DNA from: a virus
Taxonomy: Duplodnaviria; Heunggongvirae; Uroviricota; Caudoviricetes
IMG/VR virus record: IMGVR_UViG_3300043444_000502
Span: 1-64,000 of that record
Strand: one strand, 5' to 3'
DNA length: 64,000 bases
Of this stretch, positions 16,771 to 25,964 are shown in pieces. Under the pieces are notes generated by a model. It saw only the letters and a program-made list of their open reading frames with translations. It searched no databases and had not been told where the DNA came from. Each line of letters starts with the position of its first letter. Within the stretch, counting starts at the first letter, position 1. A program made the translations under genes and the position numbers.

Positions 16771-18006
16771 ATGCCAACAATTTTAAAATTTAGAAAATAT
16801 AGCAATGCTGGTAGTCAAACTATTACTGGCGCATTAGCTGAACTTACTGTTGATACAGACAAACAATCAATTCGCGTGCATGATGGAAATACTGCAGGCG
16901 GATCATTACTTGCAACTGAAGATCATGTAGCAAGTAGAGAAAGCGCAATTCGTAATGACATTTATGTAGAATTTGATACTAGCACAGAAGTTGACAATAA
17001 AGATGCAACAACATTAGCAAGCGCTAATCAGTATACAGATGACATATTAAATACTTCATATTCTACAACAATTGTTGTAGATCAAAAAGATGCTGCAACA
17101 CTCGCATCAGCAGAATCATATACAGATGGTAGAGAAACAGCAATTAGAAGCGATTTAGCAGGTTTAATTTCTAATTATGATACCTCTATTCAAGTTGATG
17201 GTAAAATTGCTAATGCGCTTATTCCATATAATACTGCGTTAGAAGTAGATGGTAAAATTGATGTTGCAATTAATGATCTAATTGGTGGTGCACCAGGCAC
17301 ATTAAATACATTAAACGAAATTGCAGTTGCATTAGGTAATGACGAAAATTATGCAGCATCAATTACGACTGCATTATCAACTAAAGCTCCATTAGAATCC
17401 CCAATATTCACAGGAATTCCAACAGCTCCAACTCCTGTGAATGCTACAAATGATACACAACTAGCAACAACTGCATTTGTGCAATCTGTATTAGATCAAA
17501 CACTAAGAGCGATGTTTCCAACAGGCATTATTACTTTATGGGAAGGTAGCGTAGCATCTATTCCATCAGGATATGTTTTATGCGATGGCACAAATGGTAC
17601 TCCGAATTTAACTGATAAATTTGTATCGGGCGCAGGTAACACATATGTTCCAGGAGATACAGGCGGTGCAGATTTTATTTCATTAACTAACAATGAATTG
17701 CCTACACATAATCATACAGGAACCGTTGATTCTAATGGAGCACATACTCATTTTGTAATTAATACTGATATTGTTACAGCGGGTTCTGAAATTACTTCAT
17801 CAAACTCAGTTGCTGATAATGGAAACTTAGGTACTGCATTTAGTTATAACTTAGGTGGATCTACAACAACACCAACAGCTGGTTTATCATCATCAAATGG
17901 TGCACATACACATACATTTACAACAGATGATACTGGTACTGGTCAACCATTTGATATTAGGCCACAATATTATTCATTGTGTTATATTATGCGTAAATGG
18001 TCTTAA
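16771..18006 (+). CDS. tail fibre protein with HxH metal-binding tip motifs
   Basis: late promoter TATAAATA at 16727; NGAHTHFV and NGAHTHTFT as in T4 gp12/gp37 tips; Gly/Thr/Ser-rich. Confidence 0.6.
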   Translation: MPTILKFRKYSNAGSQTITGALAELTVDTDKQSIRVHDGNTAGGSLLATEDHVASRESAIRNDIYVEFDTSTEVDNKDATTLASANQYTDDILNTSYSTTIVVDQKDAATLASAESYTDGRETAIRSDLAGLISNYDTSIQVDGKIANALIPYNTALEVDGKIDVAINDLIGGAPGTLNTLNEIAVALGNDENYAASITTALSTKAPLESPIFTGIPTAPTPVNATNDTQLATTAFVQSVLDQTLRAMFPTGIITLWEGSVASIPSGYVLCDGTNGTPNLTDKFVSGAGNTYVPGDTGGADFISLTNNELPTHNHTGTVDSNGAHTHFVINTDIVTAGSEITSSNSVADNGNLGTAFSYNLGGSTTTPTAGLSSSNGAHTHTFTTDDTGTGQPFDIRPQYYSLCYIMRKWS

Positions 18007-18027
18007 CTTAACGCAACACACAAAAAA

Positions 18028-18050
18028 GGGCTCTTTCGAGCCCTTTTTTT
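18028..18050 (+). terminator. rho-independent terminator
   Basis: GGGCTC-TTTC-GAGCCC + T7. Confidence 0.7.
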
Positions 18051-18057
18051 ATAAATA
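18050..18057 (+). promoter_or_regulatory. T4-type late promoter TATAAATA
   Basis: upstream of the endolysin; follows a terminator. Confidence 0.55.
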
Positions 18058-18108
18058 GAATTATGTCAATTGACATGATCTTATATTTAAACAACACTTG
18101 GAGTGAGA

Positions 18109-18732
18109 ATGGAATTAACATTACAACAACTAAAGCAGTTACTTCCAAAGAACCCATACGTTGACCATTGGCATCATGCATTATCGCAGTTGCTACCAGA
18201 TTATGAAATAAACACACCACAGCGTATTGCAGCATTCATTGCTCAATGTGCTCATGAATCAGGTGGGTTTATGGTTCTTAAGGAAAATTTAAATTATAAA
18301 GCTGCTACACTTCGCAAGATCTTTCCGAAGTATTTCCCTACAGATGCTATGGCTGCAGAATATGCTGCAAAACCAAATAAACAAGAAGCTATTGCTAATC
18401 TTGTTTACGCCAATCGTATGGGTAATGGTGGTCCAGAAACTGGTGACGGATATCGCTATTGCGGTAGAGGTTTAATTCAATTAACTGGCAAAACTAATTA
18501 TACGTGGTTTGCAGCGTCACTTGGAATTCCAGTTGAAGAAGCTGCTGAATATCTACAAACATTTGAAGGTGCTGCACAATCTGCATGTTGGTTCTGGGAA
18601 ACCAATAATTTAAATAGATTTGCAGATACGAATGATATCAAAGGATTGACTAAAGCCATTAATGGCGGTTATATCGGACTTGAAGATCGCATTAAACATT
18701 ATGAGCATGCGTTACACGTTTTAGGAGTGTAA
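18109..18732 (+). CDS. GH19-like endolysin (track start 18103 is GTG)
   Basis: AQCAHESGGF ... CGRGLIQLTGK; late promoter at 18050. Confidence 0.75.
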   Translation: MELTLQQLKQLLPKNPYVDHWHHALSQLLPDYEINTPQRIAAFIAQCAHESGGFMVLKENLNYKAATLRKIFPKYFPTDAMAAEYAAKPNKQEAIANLVYANRMGNGGPETGDGYRYCGRGLIQLTGKTNYTWFAASLGIPVEEAAEYLQTFEGAAQSACWFWETNNLNRFADTNDIKGLTKAINGGYIGLEDRIKHYEHALHVLGV

Positions 18733-18733
18733 T

Positions 18734-19012
18734 ATGAATGATCGTAAATTAGTTAAATGGTTATTGTTATTGTTGCTATTACCATTAGGATTAGCAATGT
18801 GTAGTAAAGAAGAGTATCGTTATCCTTGTCAAAACCCAGAAAATTGGGATAAAGATTTTTGTAAAATGCCTTTATGTGATGTGAATAGAACTTGTCCAGA
18901 ACACATCTTTAAAGGTCAACGCGACCCGCGATTAGGACCACCAAAAGATGATATTAAACCAAATCAAGCAGTACCTGTTACACCTGCTCAAGGAGCCAAC
19001 TGTGGAAAATAA
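18734..19012 (+). CDS. secreted Cys-rich lipoprotein (o-spanin-like)
   Basis: signal peptide LLLLLPLGLAMC, eight Cys, directly follows the endolysin. Confidence 0.5.
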   Translation: MNDRKLVKWLLLLLLLPLGLAMCSKEEYRYPCQNPENWDKDFCKMPLCDVNRTCPEHIFKGQRDPRLGPPKDDIKPNQAVPVTPAQGANCGK

Positions 19013-19040
19013 CACATTCGTTTACACAGAAGAACAATTG

Positions 19041-19457
19041 ATGGCTCGTTTAAAGTTTTTTATTGGCATTTGCCTTTCATTAACTTTATTCGGCATCGTA
19101 TTCGTTGTTCTTTATTCATTAATTTTTGTTACACAACCATTAAATGCAATCAGTCCAATTGACCAAAAGTTCTTTGAATTAATTGTACCTATTGCTACAT
19201 TCTTAACTGGTACTTTATCAGGCATTATGCTTGCTGGTACTAAGAAAGAAGATCAAGAAGCAATGCTTCAAGCTCAAAAAATGGCTAATGACAATTTCGA
19301 AGCAACAAAGAAGATGATGACGGCACCTCCGCCGCCACAAGCTCCTGTAGTTGTTCAACCGGTTTTTCAAGCACCACCAGCAAACTTCACACCACAAGTT
19401 GTGATGAGTTCTAATGGTAAACCAATGCCTGTACAACCAGATCATCCAGAGATTTAA
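19041..19457 (+). CDS. membrane protein with Pro-rich periplasmic tail (i-spanin-like?); track start 18948
   Basis: TM FFIGICLSLTLFGIVFVVLY; PPPPQAPVVVQP. Confidence 0.4.
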   Translation: MARLKFFIGICLSLTLFGIVFVVLYSLIFVTQPLNAISPIDQKFFELIVPIATFLTGTLSGIMLAGTKKEDQEAMLQAQKMANDNFEATKKMMTAPPPPQAPVVVQPVFQAPPANFTPQVVMSSNGKPMPVQPDHPEI

Positions 19458-19458
19458 T

Positions 19459-19686
19459 ATGAGCTTCTTAAAAAGTATGCTTGAAGATGGAGTTAATCAT
19501 TCGTGGAGTTCTAAGCGAGTGATTACATTTCTTGCATTCATTTTAGTTGCAATATCATTCATAGCTGATCAATTCACGCCATATAAAGCAACTAAGGAAT
19601 TGTTTGATGCAATCATCTACTTAGTAATTGCTGGTTTGGGTTTTACAGCGTCAGAAAAATTTATAAAGAAAGAAACGGAAAAATGA
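19459..19686 (+). CDS. two-TM small membrane protein (holin-like); track start 19414
   Basis: VITFLAFILVAISFIA and IIYLVIAGLGF. Confidence 0.4.
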   Translation: MSFLKSMLEDGVNHSWSSKRVITFLAFILVAISFIADQFTPYKATKELFDAIIYLVIAGLGFTASEKFIKKETEK

Positions 19687-19859
19687 AAAACTTATTAGCA
19701 TTAGTAGTTGCAACAATGATGTCTTTTAGTGTTGTAGCTGCTGAAAAAGAAAAGGTTTGTATTGATGTTAAAGATGCTAAAACTGGCAAAGTTAAACAAG
19801 AATGCAAATTGATGAAAAAGCACAAAAAACTTGAGGGAACAGAAGTTCCTAAGAAATAA
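19683..19859 (+). CDS. small secreted protein (58 aa)
   Basis: signal peptide MKNLLALVVATMMSFSVVAA; below the track cut-off. Confidence 0.3.
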   Translation: MKNLLALVVATMMSFSVVAAEKEKVCIDVKDAKTGKVKQECKLMKKHKKLEGTEVPKK

Positions 19860-19860
19860 A

Positions 19861-19886
19861 AAAAGGGACCGCAAGGTCCCTTTTTA
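19861..19886. terminator. bidirectional terminator between convergent genes
   Basis: AAAAAGGGACCGCAAGGTCCCTTTTT. Confidence 0.65.
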
Positions 19887-19898
19887 GTTTTAGCAGTA

Positions 19899-20378
19899 TT
19901 ACTTACCTGCTAATGGATTGTCCAATGCTTTTTGAATCTTATTGTCAATCTCTTTACGTAATGTACGAACGTCTTGTTCTGTTTCACGTTGTGCTTGTTT
20001 AGAACTACGTTCAACACTTTCAACAACACCTTCTAAACGACGGATGTCATTTTTAAGATCGTTCTTAATATCACGTGTGTAGTCAGAAGACTTTTGTGAA
20101 TTCTCTTCAACAATAGCTAACTTCTTTTCAATTTCTGTAAGATCTGGTGCTACATACTTTTCAATCTTAGTCTTCATATCTTGGTATGATTTGTAGACTT
20201 CAAAAGCTCCATATAAGCCGCCAAGAATAGATGATACTAATGTAAATGCTACCATTAGTTTTGCTGGTGTAAATTCATATCCACCAATGCTAATAACAGT
20301 ATCTTTACTAGCATACTTCTTTACTGCTGCTTCGGCTTCGTCAATTTTAGCGTTGACGTCTTTAATTTCTTCTGCCAT
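19899..20378 (-). CDS. membrane-anchored coiled-coil protein
   Basis: TM LMVAFTLVSSILGGLYGAF; convergent on the terminator at 19861-19886. Confidence 0.5.
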   Translation of the reverse strand: MAEEIKDVNAKIDEAEAAVKKYASKDTVISIGGYEFTPAKLMVAFTLVSSILGGLYGAFEVYKSYQDMKTKIEKYVAPDLTEIEKKLAIVEENSQKSSDYTRDIKNDLKNDIRRLEGVVESVERSSKQAQRETEQDVRTLRKEIDNKIQKALDNPLAGK

Positions 20379-20379
20379 T

Positions 20380-22185
20380 TTAATTTCCTCTGTTGTATTG
20401 TGAATCTACTAATTCGCTGTGTAGTTTATCTGATGGACCCATAAGTCCGCGAGATACCCATTTATTATCAACATTACGTTGATTTGCATAAACAATATAT
20501 GGTTTATAACCAACCACATCTTGCATCATTACTTTACCATAAGCATCAAATCCAGGTGTATATCCCATTGCTGCAATGACTACATTTTGTACTTGCTTTT
20601 GAGATTCCATATCAGCGACTTTACCCATAGTAGAAGCTAAGTTCTTGCCATCTTCAATCGCCTTTGCTTTTACTGCTGCTTCACGTTTTGCTTGAAGTTC
20701 TTGTCTTGCTGTTGGAGCAGTTGGTTTCGTCTCTGTCGAAGTATTCGAAGCAGTTGTAGACGATGATACACTTGAGCTAGAAGCATCAGATTTTTTTTCC
20801 TCTTTAGTTTCTGTCTTAGTTTCAATCGCTGCAGCAACAGTCGTAGTTGTATTAGCTTGTTGTGAAACGCTAGATGTTACAGACACAGGTGAAACCGATG
20901 TTGTGCTTGTAGCAGATGTTGATGATGAACTCGGTGAAATAACAGCATCAACTGTAGCATCACCTGTAGTAGATACTGATGTAGTCACTGTGCCATCTGA
21001 ACTGATAGTTGGCGTTGCAGTTGTTGTGCTAACTGCTGCAACTGTAGAAGTTGATGGACTAGAATTACTTGTTGTAGTAGTCGTAGGGGTATTAACTCTT
21101 AAGAGTGCTTGTTGGGTGGCGTAAGCTGTAGCATAATTAGGACAAGTTGTTGAGTAAAGTCCATTAAGAGAGCACTGTTGTGCAAAATACGCTTCTGCAT
21201 ATCCTGGACAAGAAGTTGAGTATAGCGCATTCGCTGAGCATTGCTGATTGAAGTATGCACTTTCATATCCCTCGCATGTAGTTGAGTAAAGTGGATTAAC
21301 TGAACATTGATAACTTAAATATGCTTGAGCATAACCTGGACAGTTTACATCGTATAATGAATTTAATGTGCACTGTTGTGTATAGTATGCGCTAGCATAA
21401 CCTGGACAACTTGGATTGTATAACGCACTAATATTACATTGTGCCGTAAAATATCCTGGACACGTTGGTGATGACAATGGATTAACTGTGCACATATCTG
21501 TACCTGTAAATCCACCAGTAGTATTCCAACTAACACCACCAGTAGTAGTATTAATTGTCAAGCCTTGTCCATGATATGCTTGAAAGTATTCTCCACGTGA
21601 TAAATCACCTGACATACCAGATGTCACAGCATTCCATTGTACTAACGCTCCAGCGATTCTAGTATCAACAACGCCAACGGAATTAATCTTAATCTCAAAA
21701 CTATTACCACCGTTTGCATTACAACATTGACTCACATTATACCAACCATAAGTCATGGAATTTGTTTCTCTAAGATACCAATTACTTCCAACTCCTGGAT
21801 GTGCATATAGATCACTATGTAAACCATAGATTGTGTAATTGTATGCTGAATTTGTAGTTGTAGTTAAATCAACACCAGAACAACAACCGTGATTGAGTGA
21901 TGGTTGAAATGCTACAAACCCATTAGATGACATCCATGAATTAGTGAACGTTTGACCCCAGAATGGAAAATTGAAACCGAGTGGAACGTTTCTAACTTCA
22001 TCGTCCCCCATAGTTACGTTTGTAGCAGCTGGATTTGTTCGTATATCAGTGAGTGGAAGTGCATTAACCCCAGTGGCCGCAGTTATTGATAAACCGGGCG
22101 CACCAGGAATAGGTAAAGTCACAATTTCAGCTGAAACCGTGATTGAACATATTAATAGTAATAATGCAATGAAGAAGTTCTTCAT
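20380..22185 (-). CDS. secreted protein with six tandem ~20-aa Cys repeats (C..LY..CPGY..AY..QQC) and a Thr/Ser-rich linker
   Basis: signal peptide MKNFFIALLLLICSITVSA; repeats within nt ~21120-21480. Confidence 0.6.
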   Translation of the reverse strand: MKNFFIALLLLICSITVSAEIVTLPIPGAPGLSITAATGVNALPLTDIRTNPAATNVTMGDDEVRNVPLGFNFPFWGQTFTNSWMSSNGFVAFQPSLNHGCCSGVDLTTTTNSAYNYTIYGLHSDLYAHPGVGSNWYLRETNSMTYGWYNVSQCCNANGGNSFEIKINSVGVVDTRIAGALVQWNAVTSGMSGDLSRGEYFQAYHGQGLTINTTTGGVSWNTTGGFTGTDMCTVNPLSSPTCPGYFTAQCNISALYNPSCPGYASAYYTQQCTLNSLYDVNCPGYAQAYLSYQCSVNPLYSTTCEGYESAYFNQQCSANALYSTSCPGYAEAYFAQQCSLNGLYSTTCPNYATAYATQQALLRVNTPTTTTTSNSSPSTSTVAAVSTTTATPTISSDGTVTTSVSTTGDATVDAVISPSSSSTSATSTTSVSPVSVTSSVSQQANTTTTVAAAIETKTETKEEKKSDASSSSVSSSTTASNTSTETKPTAPTARQELQAKREAAVKAKAIEDGKNLASTMGKVADMESQKQVQNVVIAAMGYTPGFDAYGKVMMQDVVGYKPYIVYANQRNVDNKWVSRGLMGPSDKLHSELVDSQYNRGN

Positions 22186-22709
22186 TACTTCTTCTCTTCG
22201 CCAGTTTCTCTAATTGGTTGCTCTTTAGCTTTTTCTTTTGATTGAACGATTGTATCATCATCTTTGATACGACCTTTGTCTCTCCAGATTTGCTTAGCAG
22301 ATTCACCAATTTTACCTTGAACAGGACATGGTGTACCAGCATCGATCATAGCTTGGAAAACTCGATCATCTTGGCATAATGTTGCTACAGCTGCAACTTT
22401 CATGCCCATATCATAAAGGTTTTTAGATAATTTAATACGTTCACAGTTCATATCTCGTACAGTTGTACCAAGAGAAATACCAAGAATCTGTGTCTGTACT
22501 GCACCACTTGCTGCTGTGGCACATACGTCATTGTTAATAGTCGTGATTGCAGGTGCCACTGCTGTAGGTGGCGGAGATTTTACTGTTGTTGTGCTATTTG
22601 AAGTAGAATCGGTATATGATCTACTAGTCGAGTCAGTTACGATAGGCTCAGCTATCGCATTTAATGTAGTCATAACAAAAAGCGACATCACACATAGCTT
22701 TTTGTACAT
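22185..22709 (-). CDS. secreted Thr-rich protein with Cys-containing C-terminal domain
   Basis: signal peptide MYKKLCVMSLFVMTTLNAIA. Confidence 0.5.
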   Translation of the reverse strand: MYKKLCVMSLFVMTTLNAIAEPIVTDSTSRSYTDSTSNSTTTVKSPPPTAVAPAITTINNDVCATAASGAVQTQILGISLGTTVRDMNCERIKLSKNLYDMGMKVAAVATLCQDDRVFQAMIDAGTPCPVQGKIGESAKQIWRDKGRIKDDDTIVQSKEKAKEQPIRETGEEKK

Positions 22710-22759
22710 GGCTTTTTCCTTAAACGGTTAAAACACAAGGAGAACATTCTCCTCTCTCT

Positions 22760-22771
22760 TATTTATAAATA
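22760..22771. promoter_or_regulatory. palindromic TATTTATAAATA: back-to-back late-promoter motifs in a divergent intergenic region
   Basis: reads TATAAATA on both strands. Confidence 0.4.
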
Positions 22772-22801
22772 ATAGCATATAAACATTGATCTGGATCAAA
22801 G

Positions 22802-23080
22802 ATGAACAAAACAAATATTCAAGAAATAGACTTCGATTTTGGTTTCACTGCTGTTGATGAAGAAGAACTAGAAGCAGTTCAACAAGTTACTGCTCAAGCA
22901 GAAGTTGCAACAAGTGAAATGGAAGAACTTAAACAAAAACTTATCATGCTTCGTACAGCAATAGAACCTTTACTAAAAAATTTAGAAGCAAATCCAGAGA
23001 AAGCTTATATCCATTGGCCTGATCGTACGTCAAAAGTTAAAGCTTTTAGATCAAAATTGGATAGTATACAAAAGTTATAA
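22802..23080 (+). CDS. hypothetical acidic coiled-coil protein
   Basis: ORF track; late promoter palindrome at 22760. Confidence 0.45.
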   Translation: MNKTNIQEIDFDFGFTAVDEEELEAVQQVTAQAEVATSEMEELKQKLIMLRTAIEPLLKNLEANPEKAYIHWPDRTSKVKAFRSKLDSIQKL

Positions 23081-23110
23081 CTGTCTCCAGTTCTAATGTT
23101 TTCCGTGCAA

Positions 23111-23135
23111 GCCAATGATTTCATTGGCTTTTTTT
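23111..23135 (+). terminator. rho-independent terminator
   Basis: GCCAATGA/TCATTGGC + T7. Confidence 0.6.
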
Positions 23136-23190
23136 ACGATTCCACCATGTGAAAAAGCGAAAAAAAGTGCGAAAAAAGTGCCCCAGGCTA

Positions 23191-23219
23191 TGTACAAACA
23201 GCAAGAAATAGGGTATAAT
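23191..23219 (+). promoter_or_regulatory. early promoter TGTACA-N17-TATAAT
   Basis: same spacing as the others, GGG instead of TGG. Confidence 0.45.
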
Positions 23220-23403
23220 GGTTCCATAAATTGAATAAAGGAATAAATGATGTATATGATAATTGATAAAAACACTAAACGAGACATGCTATTATGTCGT
23301 ACTGTTATGGCTTTGAAATCTGCTTTAGAAAGCGTTGATCTTGAAGCAGTCGAAATTAAGATTGTAAATTCTTGCGTAATTAATGATCCGATGGAGCAAT
23401 AAG

Positions 23404-23748
23404 ATGTTTACATTAAATGATGGAATTCAAAAAGCTGTCGATGCAATGCAAAAAAGTTACATCGACATGTACAAAGCTCGTGCTGATGACAATGCAGCTC
23501 GCAAAGAATATGCAACTGAACAAGTTGAAAAGTTTATCAGAACGACTCGTGTTGATGTTGGTCGTAACTACACAAAAGTTAGCGCTGATGGCAGTGTTAA
23601 GTTTTTCGTAGTCAATAAACCAACTAAAGGCTTCAAAGTTGGAGACGTTTTGAAAGCAGCAACTTGGCGTGCACCAGCAACTAACTTTGCACGTGGCAAT
23701 GTATGTGAAGGCAAATTTGATATCACTTGGACAGGAGTACGTTACTAA
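23404..23748 (+). CDS. hypothetical protein (track start 23383; GGAG RBS before ATG 23404)
   Basis: promoter at 23191-23219. Confidence 0.5.
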   Translation: MFTLNDGIQKAVDAMQKSYIDMYKARADDNAARKEYATEQVEKFIRTTRVDVGRNYTKVSADGSVKFFVVNKPTKGFKVGDVLKAATWRAPATNFARGNVCEGKFDITWTGVRY

Positions 23749-23903
23749 TGATTAGATTCGTGATTGGTTTTCTGATGGTTTTTGGCGCAGTTGGTGGCAT
23801 GGAAAATGGCACAGATGCACAATTGCCTACTCAACTTGCCTTGGCACTAAGCGGTCTTTTGCTTATGTACTTTGGTTCTAATAAATTACGTGAAAAATTT
23901 TAA
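23748..23903 (+). CDS. small membrane protein (51 aa)
   Basis: TAATG overlap; hydrophobic. Confidence 0.3.
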   Translation: MIRFVIGFLMVFGAVGGMENGTDAQLPTQLALALSGLLLMYFGSNKLREKF

Positions 23904-23913
23904 GGGGGCCCAG

Positions 23914-23942
23914 TTTACAAGCATGTAAATTTGTGGTATAAT
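23914..23942 (+). promoter_or_regulatory. early promoter TTTACA-N17-TGGTATAAT
   Basis: consensus match. Confidence 0.6.
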
Positions 23943-24092
23943 ATATCATGACTAAACGAAAAGTAACTCGCAAAGCAAATCCTGTAGCTAAGGATCTGCG
24001 TACACCGAAGTACCGTATGCGTGTAGTCATGAGCAAGAAAATGACGTATAATCGTCAAGCGACAAAATGTGAAACTGAAAAGGAGTTAAATT

Positions 24093-24587
24093 ATGGGTCG
24101 TAAAGCACGTGTGTATGATGCAGAATTCGTTAAAACTTTTGAAAGCAAGTTTTATGCTGCACATCCTGAAGTTAAAAATGGTGGCACTTTCCAATGGAAA
24201 GATGCAATTAAAGTAATTCGCGCGATGGGTTTGAATCCTCGCAATGGTGATGAATATCCTTTCTATTTCTTCACTAATCAAGTAACCAAAGGCGTTTATA
24301 AAATGCCAACGAAAGGTGCTTTGATCAAAGGTACGCCTGAAGCAGATGCTGCTCTCGCACCTAAAACAAAAGTAAAGGCTACTAAAGCCACAGTGTCGAC
24401 GGTTAAATCGTCTGCACCAAAAGTTAAAGTTGCAAAAGTCTCCGCAACCAAAGTTGCCGCAAAGCGTGCAGCTAAGGAAGACAGCGACATCGGTACCGGT
24501 GGTTTCGATGATTCAGTTGGCTATGATGACGTAGTGTCTCTGCGCAACGAATTCGGTCTTGGTGATTTCCGCAATTCAATGGACTAA
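24093..24587 (+). CDS. basic Lys/Ala-rich protein (histone-H1-like low-complexity tail)
   Basis: KTKVKATKATVSTVKSSAPKVKVAKVSATKVAAKRAAK; early promoter at 23914. Confidence 0.5.
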   Translation: MGRKARVYDAEFVKTFESKFYAAHPEVKNGGTFQWKDAIKVIRAMGLNPRNGDEYPFYFFTNQVTKGVYKMPTKGALIKGTPEADAALAPKTKVKATKATVSTVKSSAPKVKVAKVSATKVAAKRAAKEDSDIGTGGFDDSVGYDDVVSLRNEFGLGDFRNSMD

Positions 24588-24687
24588 GCATCTCCTTTCC
24601 TAAAAGGCTTAGACTGACCACCACATTCGTGAGAATCTGGCTATATAGGTCGCCGCATAGAGTAAGCGGCTTTTTTGAAGGAACTAT

Positions 24688-24864
24688 ATGATTCGTTTGG
24701 TATTGATTTTCGCGCTGTTGTTTATCATCTTCTATGGTGGTATTGCAACAGCAATCAAAATGAGTGGTAAAGAGAAGTGGGCTTTTACAAAGATCTCTCT
24801 TTACAGTTTGACTTGTGCAGTGTTGACGGTAGTCACAATGACTGCAATCGTTATCATGTTTTAA
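24688..24864 (+). CDS. small two-TM membrane protein (58 aa)
   Basis: below the track cut-off; precedes the SPFH gene. Confidence 0.3.
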   Translation: MIRLVLIFALLFIIFYGGIATAIKMSGKEKWAFTKISLYSLTCAVLTVVTMTAIVIMF

Positions 24865-24877
24865 TTAAGGATATATT

Positions 24878-25681
24878 ATGAATCGCACTTTTAAATTGGC
24901 TGCAATCGTTGCTGCAATGACTATCGCTCTTCCCGCATGTACTCGTATTGAAACTGGTGAAGTTGGTGTACGAGTTGGTTTCGACAAACAGGTTAAGCAA
25001 GGAGAACTCTTGCCTGGTTCATTTAATCAAGTTCTCATCGGTGATGTAATCACTTTCCCAATTAAGGACGTTGCTGTCAAAGTTGAAGACATGACTCCTA
25101 TCGCAAAAGACAACTCAACTATGAAGGACTTTGATGCAGTTGTAATCTACAACATCAATCCTCAGCAAGTCGCAGAGTTGTATTCAACTAAGTCACAAAG
25201 CTTCCACGTAAAGCATAATGGTGACACATATCTCATGTATAACTACATCTTTAATGCTGCACGTAATGGCATTTATAAATCTGCTCGTAAGTATGAAGCA
25301 TTGGACATGAATGATGCACGTGCTGCAATGGAACAACAAATTCGCGAAGAAATTCAACGAAGTTTAGCCGAAGAAAAACTTGATGGTGCCATCACCATTG
25401 GTCAAGTGCTTGTTCGTAACGTAGTTCCTGCTGATAGCGTTGTAGAATCTGCTAATGCGTTGGTTCGTTCTAAGAATGAATTCAAGCAAAAGGAAGTAGA
25501 AGTTGCAACTGCTAAGAAAGAAGCAGAACGTATGGCAGCTTTGTCTAATCAAGGTTCTCAGTCTATCGCTTACATGAATGCTCAAGCTGCATTGAACATC
25601 TCTGAAGGTATTAAAAACGGCAAGGTTCAAACAATTGTTGTACCATCTAATATGACTGGTCTCATGATCAATGGAAAATAA
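24878..25681 (+). CDS. SPFH/band-7 (prohibitin/HflK-like) domain lipoprotein
   Basis: lipobox ALPAC; SPFH core followed by Ala/Glu/Lys coiled coil. Confidence 0.65.
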   Translation: MNRTFKLAAIVAAMTIALPACTRIETGEVGVRVGFDKQVKQGELLPGSFNQVLIGDVITFPIKDVAVKVEDMTPIAKDNSTMKDFDAVVIYNINPQQVAELYSTKSQSFHVKHNGDTYLMYNYIFNAARNGIYKSARKYEALDMNDARAAMEQQIREEIQRSLAEEKLDGAITIGQVLVRNVVPADSVVESANALVRSKNEFKQKEVEVATAKKEAERMAALSNQGSQSIAYMNAQAALNISEGIKNGKVQTIVVPSNMTGLMINGK

Positions 25682-25928
25682 TATGACATTTAATAAAGAA
25701 GACATTAAGAACACACTACGCAGTGGTATTCATCAAGTAGTGTTTACGAAGAAAGATGGATCTGAACGTGCAATGATGTGTACGCTTAGTGAATCTATTA
25801 TTCCACAAGAACACAAACCTAAAGAAGGTAGCACACATAAAGCGAATGATTCTGTGCTTGCAGTGTTCGATGTAGAAAAACAAGGATGGCGATCATTCAC
25901 AATCGCTGACGTAAAGAGTGTACAATAA
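25671..25928 (+). CDS. hypothetical protein
   Basis: ORF track. Confidence 0.45.
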   Translation: MENNMTFNKEDIKNTLRSGIHQVVFTKKDGSERAMMCTLSESIIPQEHKPKEGSTHKANDSVLAVFDVEKQGWRSFTIADVKSVQ

Positions 25929-25947
25929 TAGTTCGTTGTGGTATAAT
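25919..25947 (+). promoter_or_regulatory. early promoter TGTACA-N17-TGGTATAAT
   Basis: consensus match. Confidence 0.6.
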
Positions 25948-25964
25948 ACTACAATGGAGGAAAT

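Noticed and set aside
20903-22342. Plus-strand ORFs 20903-21124, 21971-22213 and 22516-22731, and minus ORF 22127-22342
   Set aside because: Antisense or offset to the long secreted-protein genes; low complexity mirrors the Thr/Val repeats.
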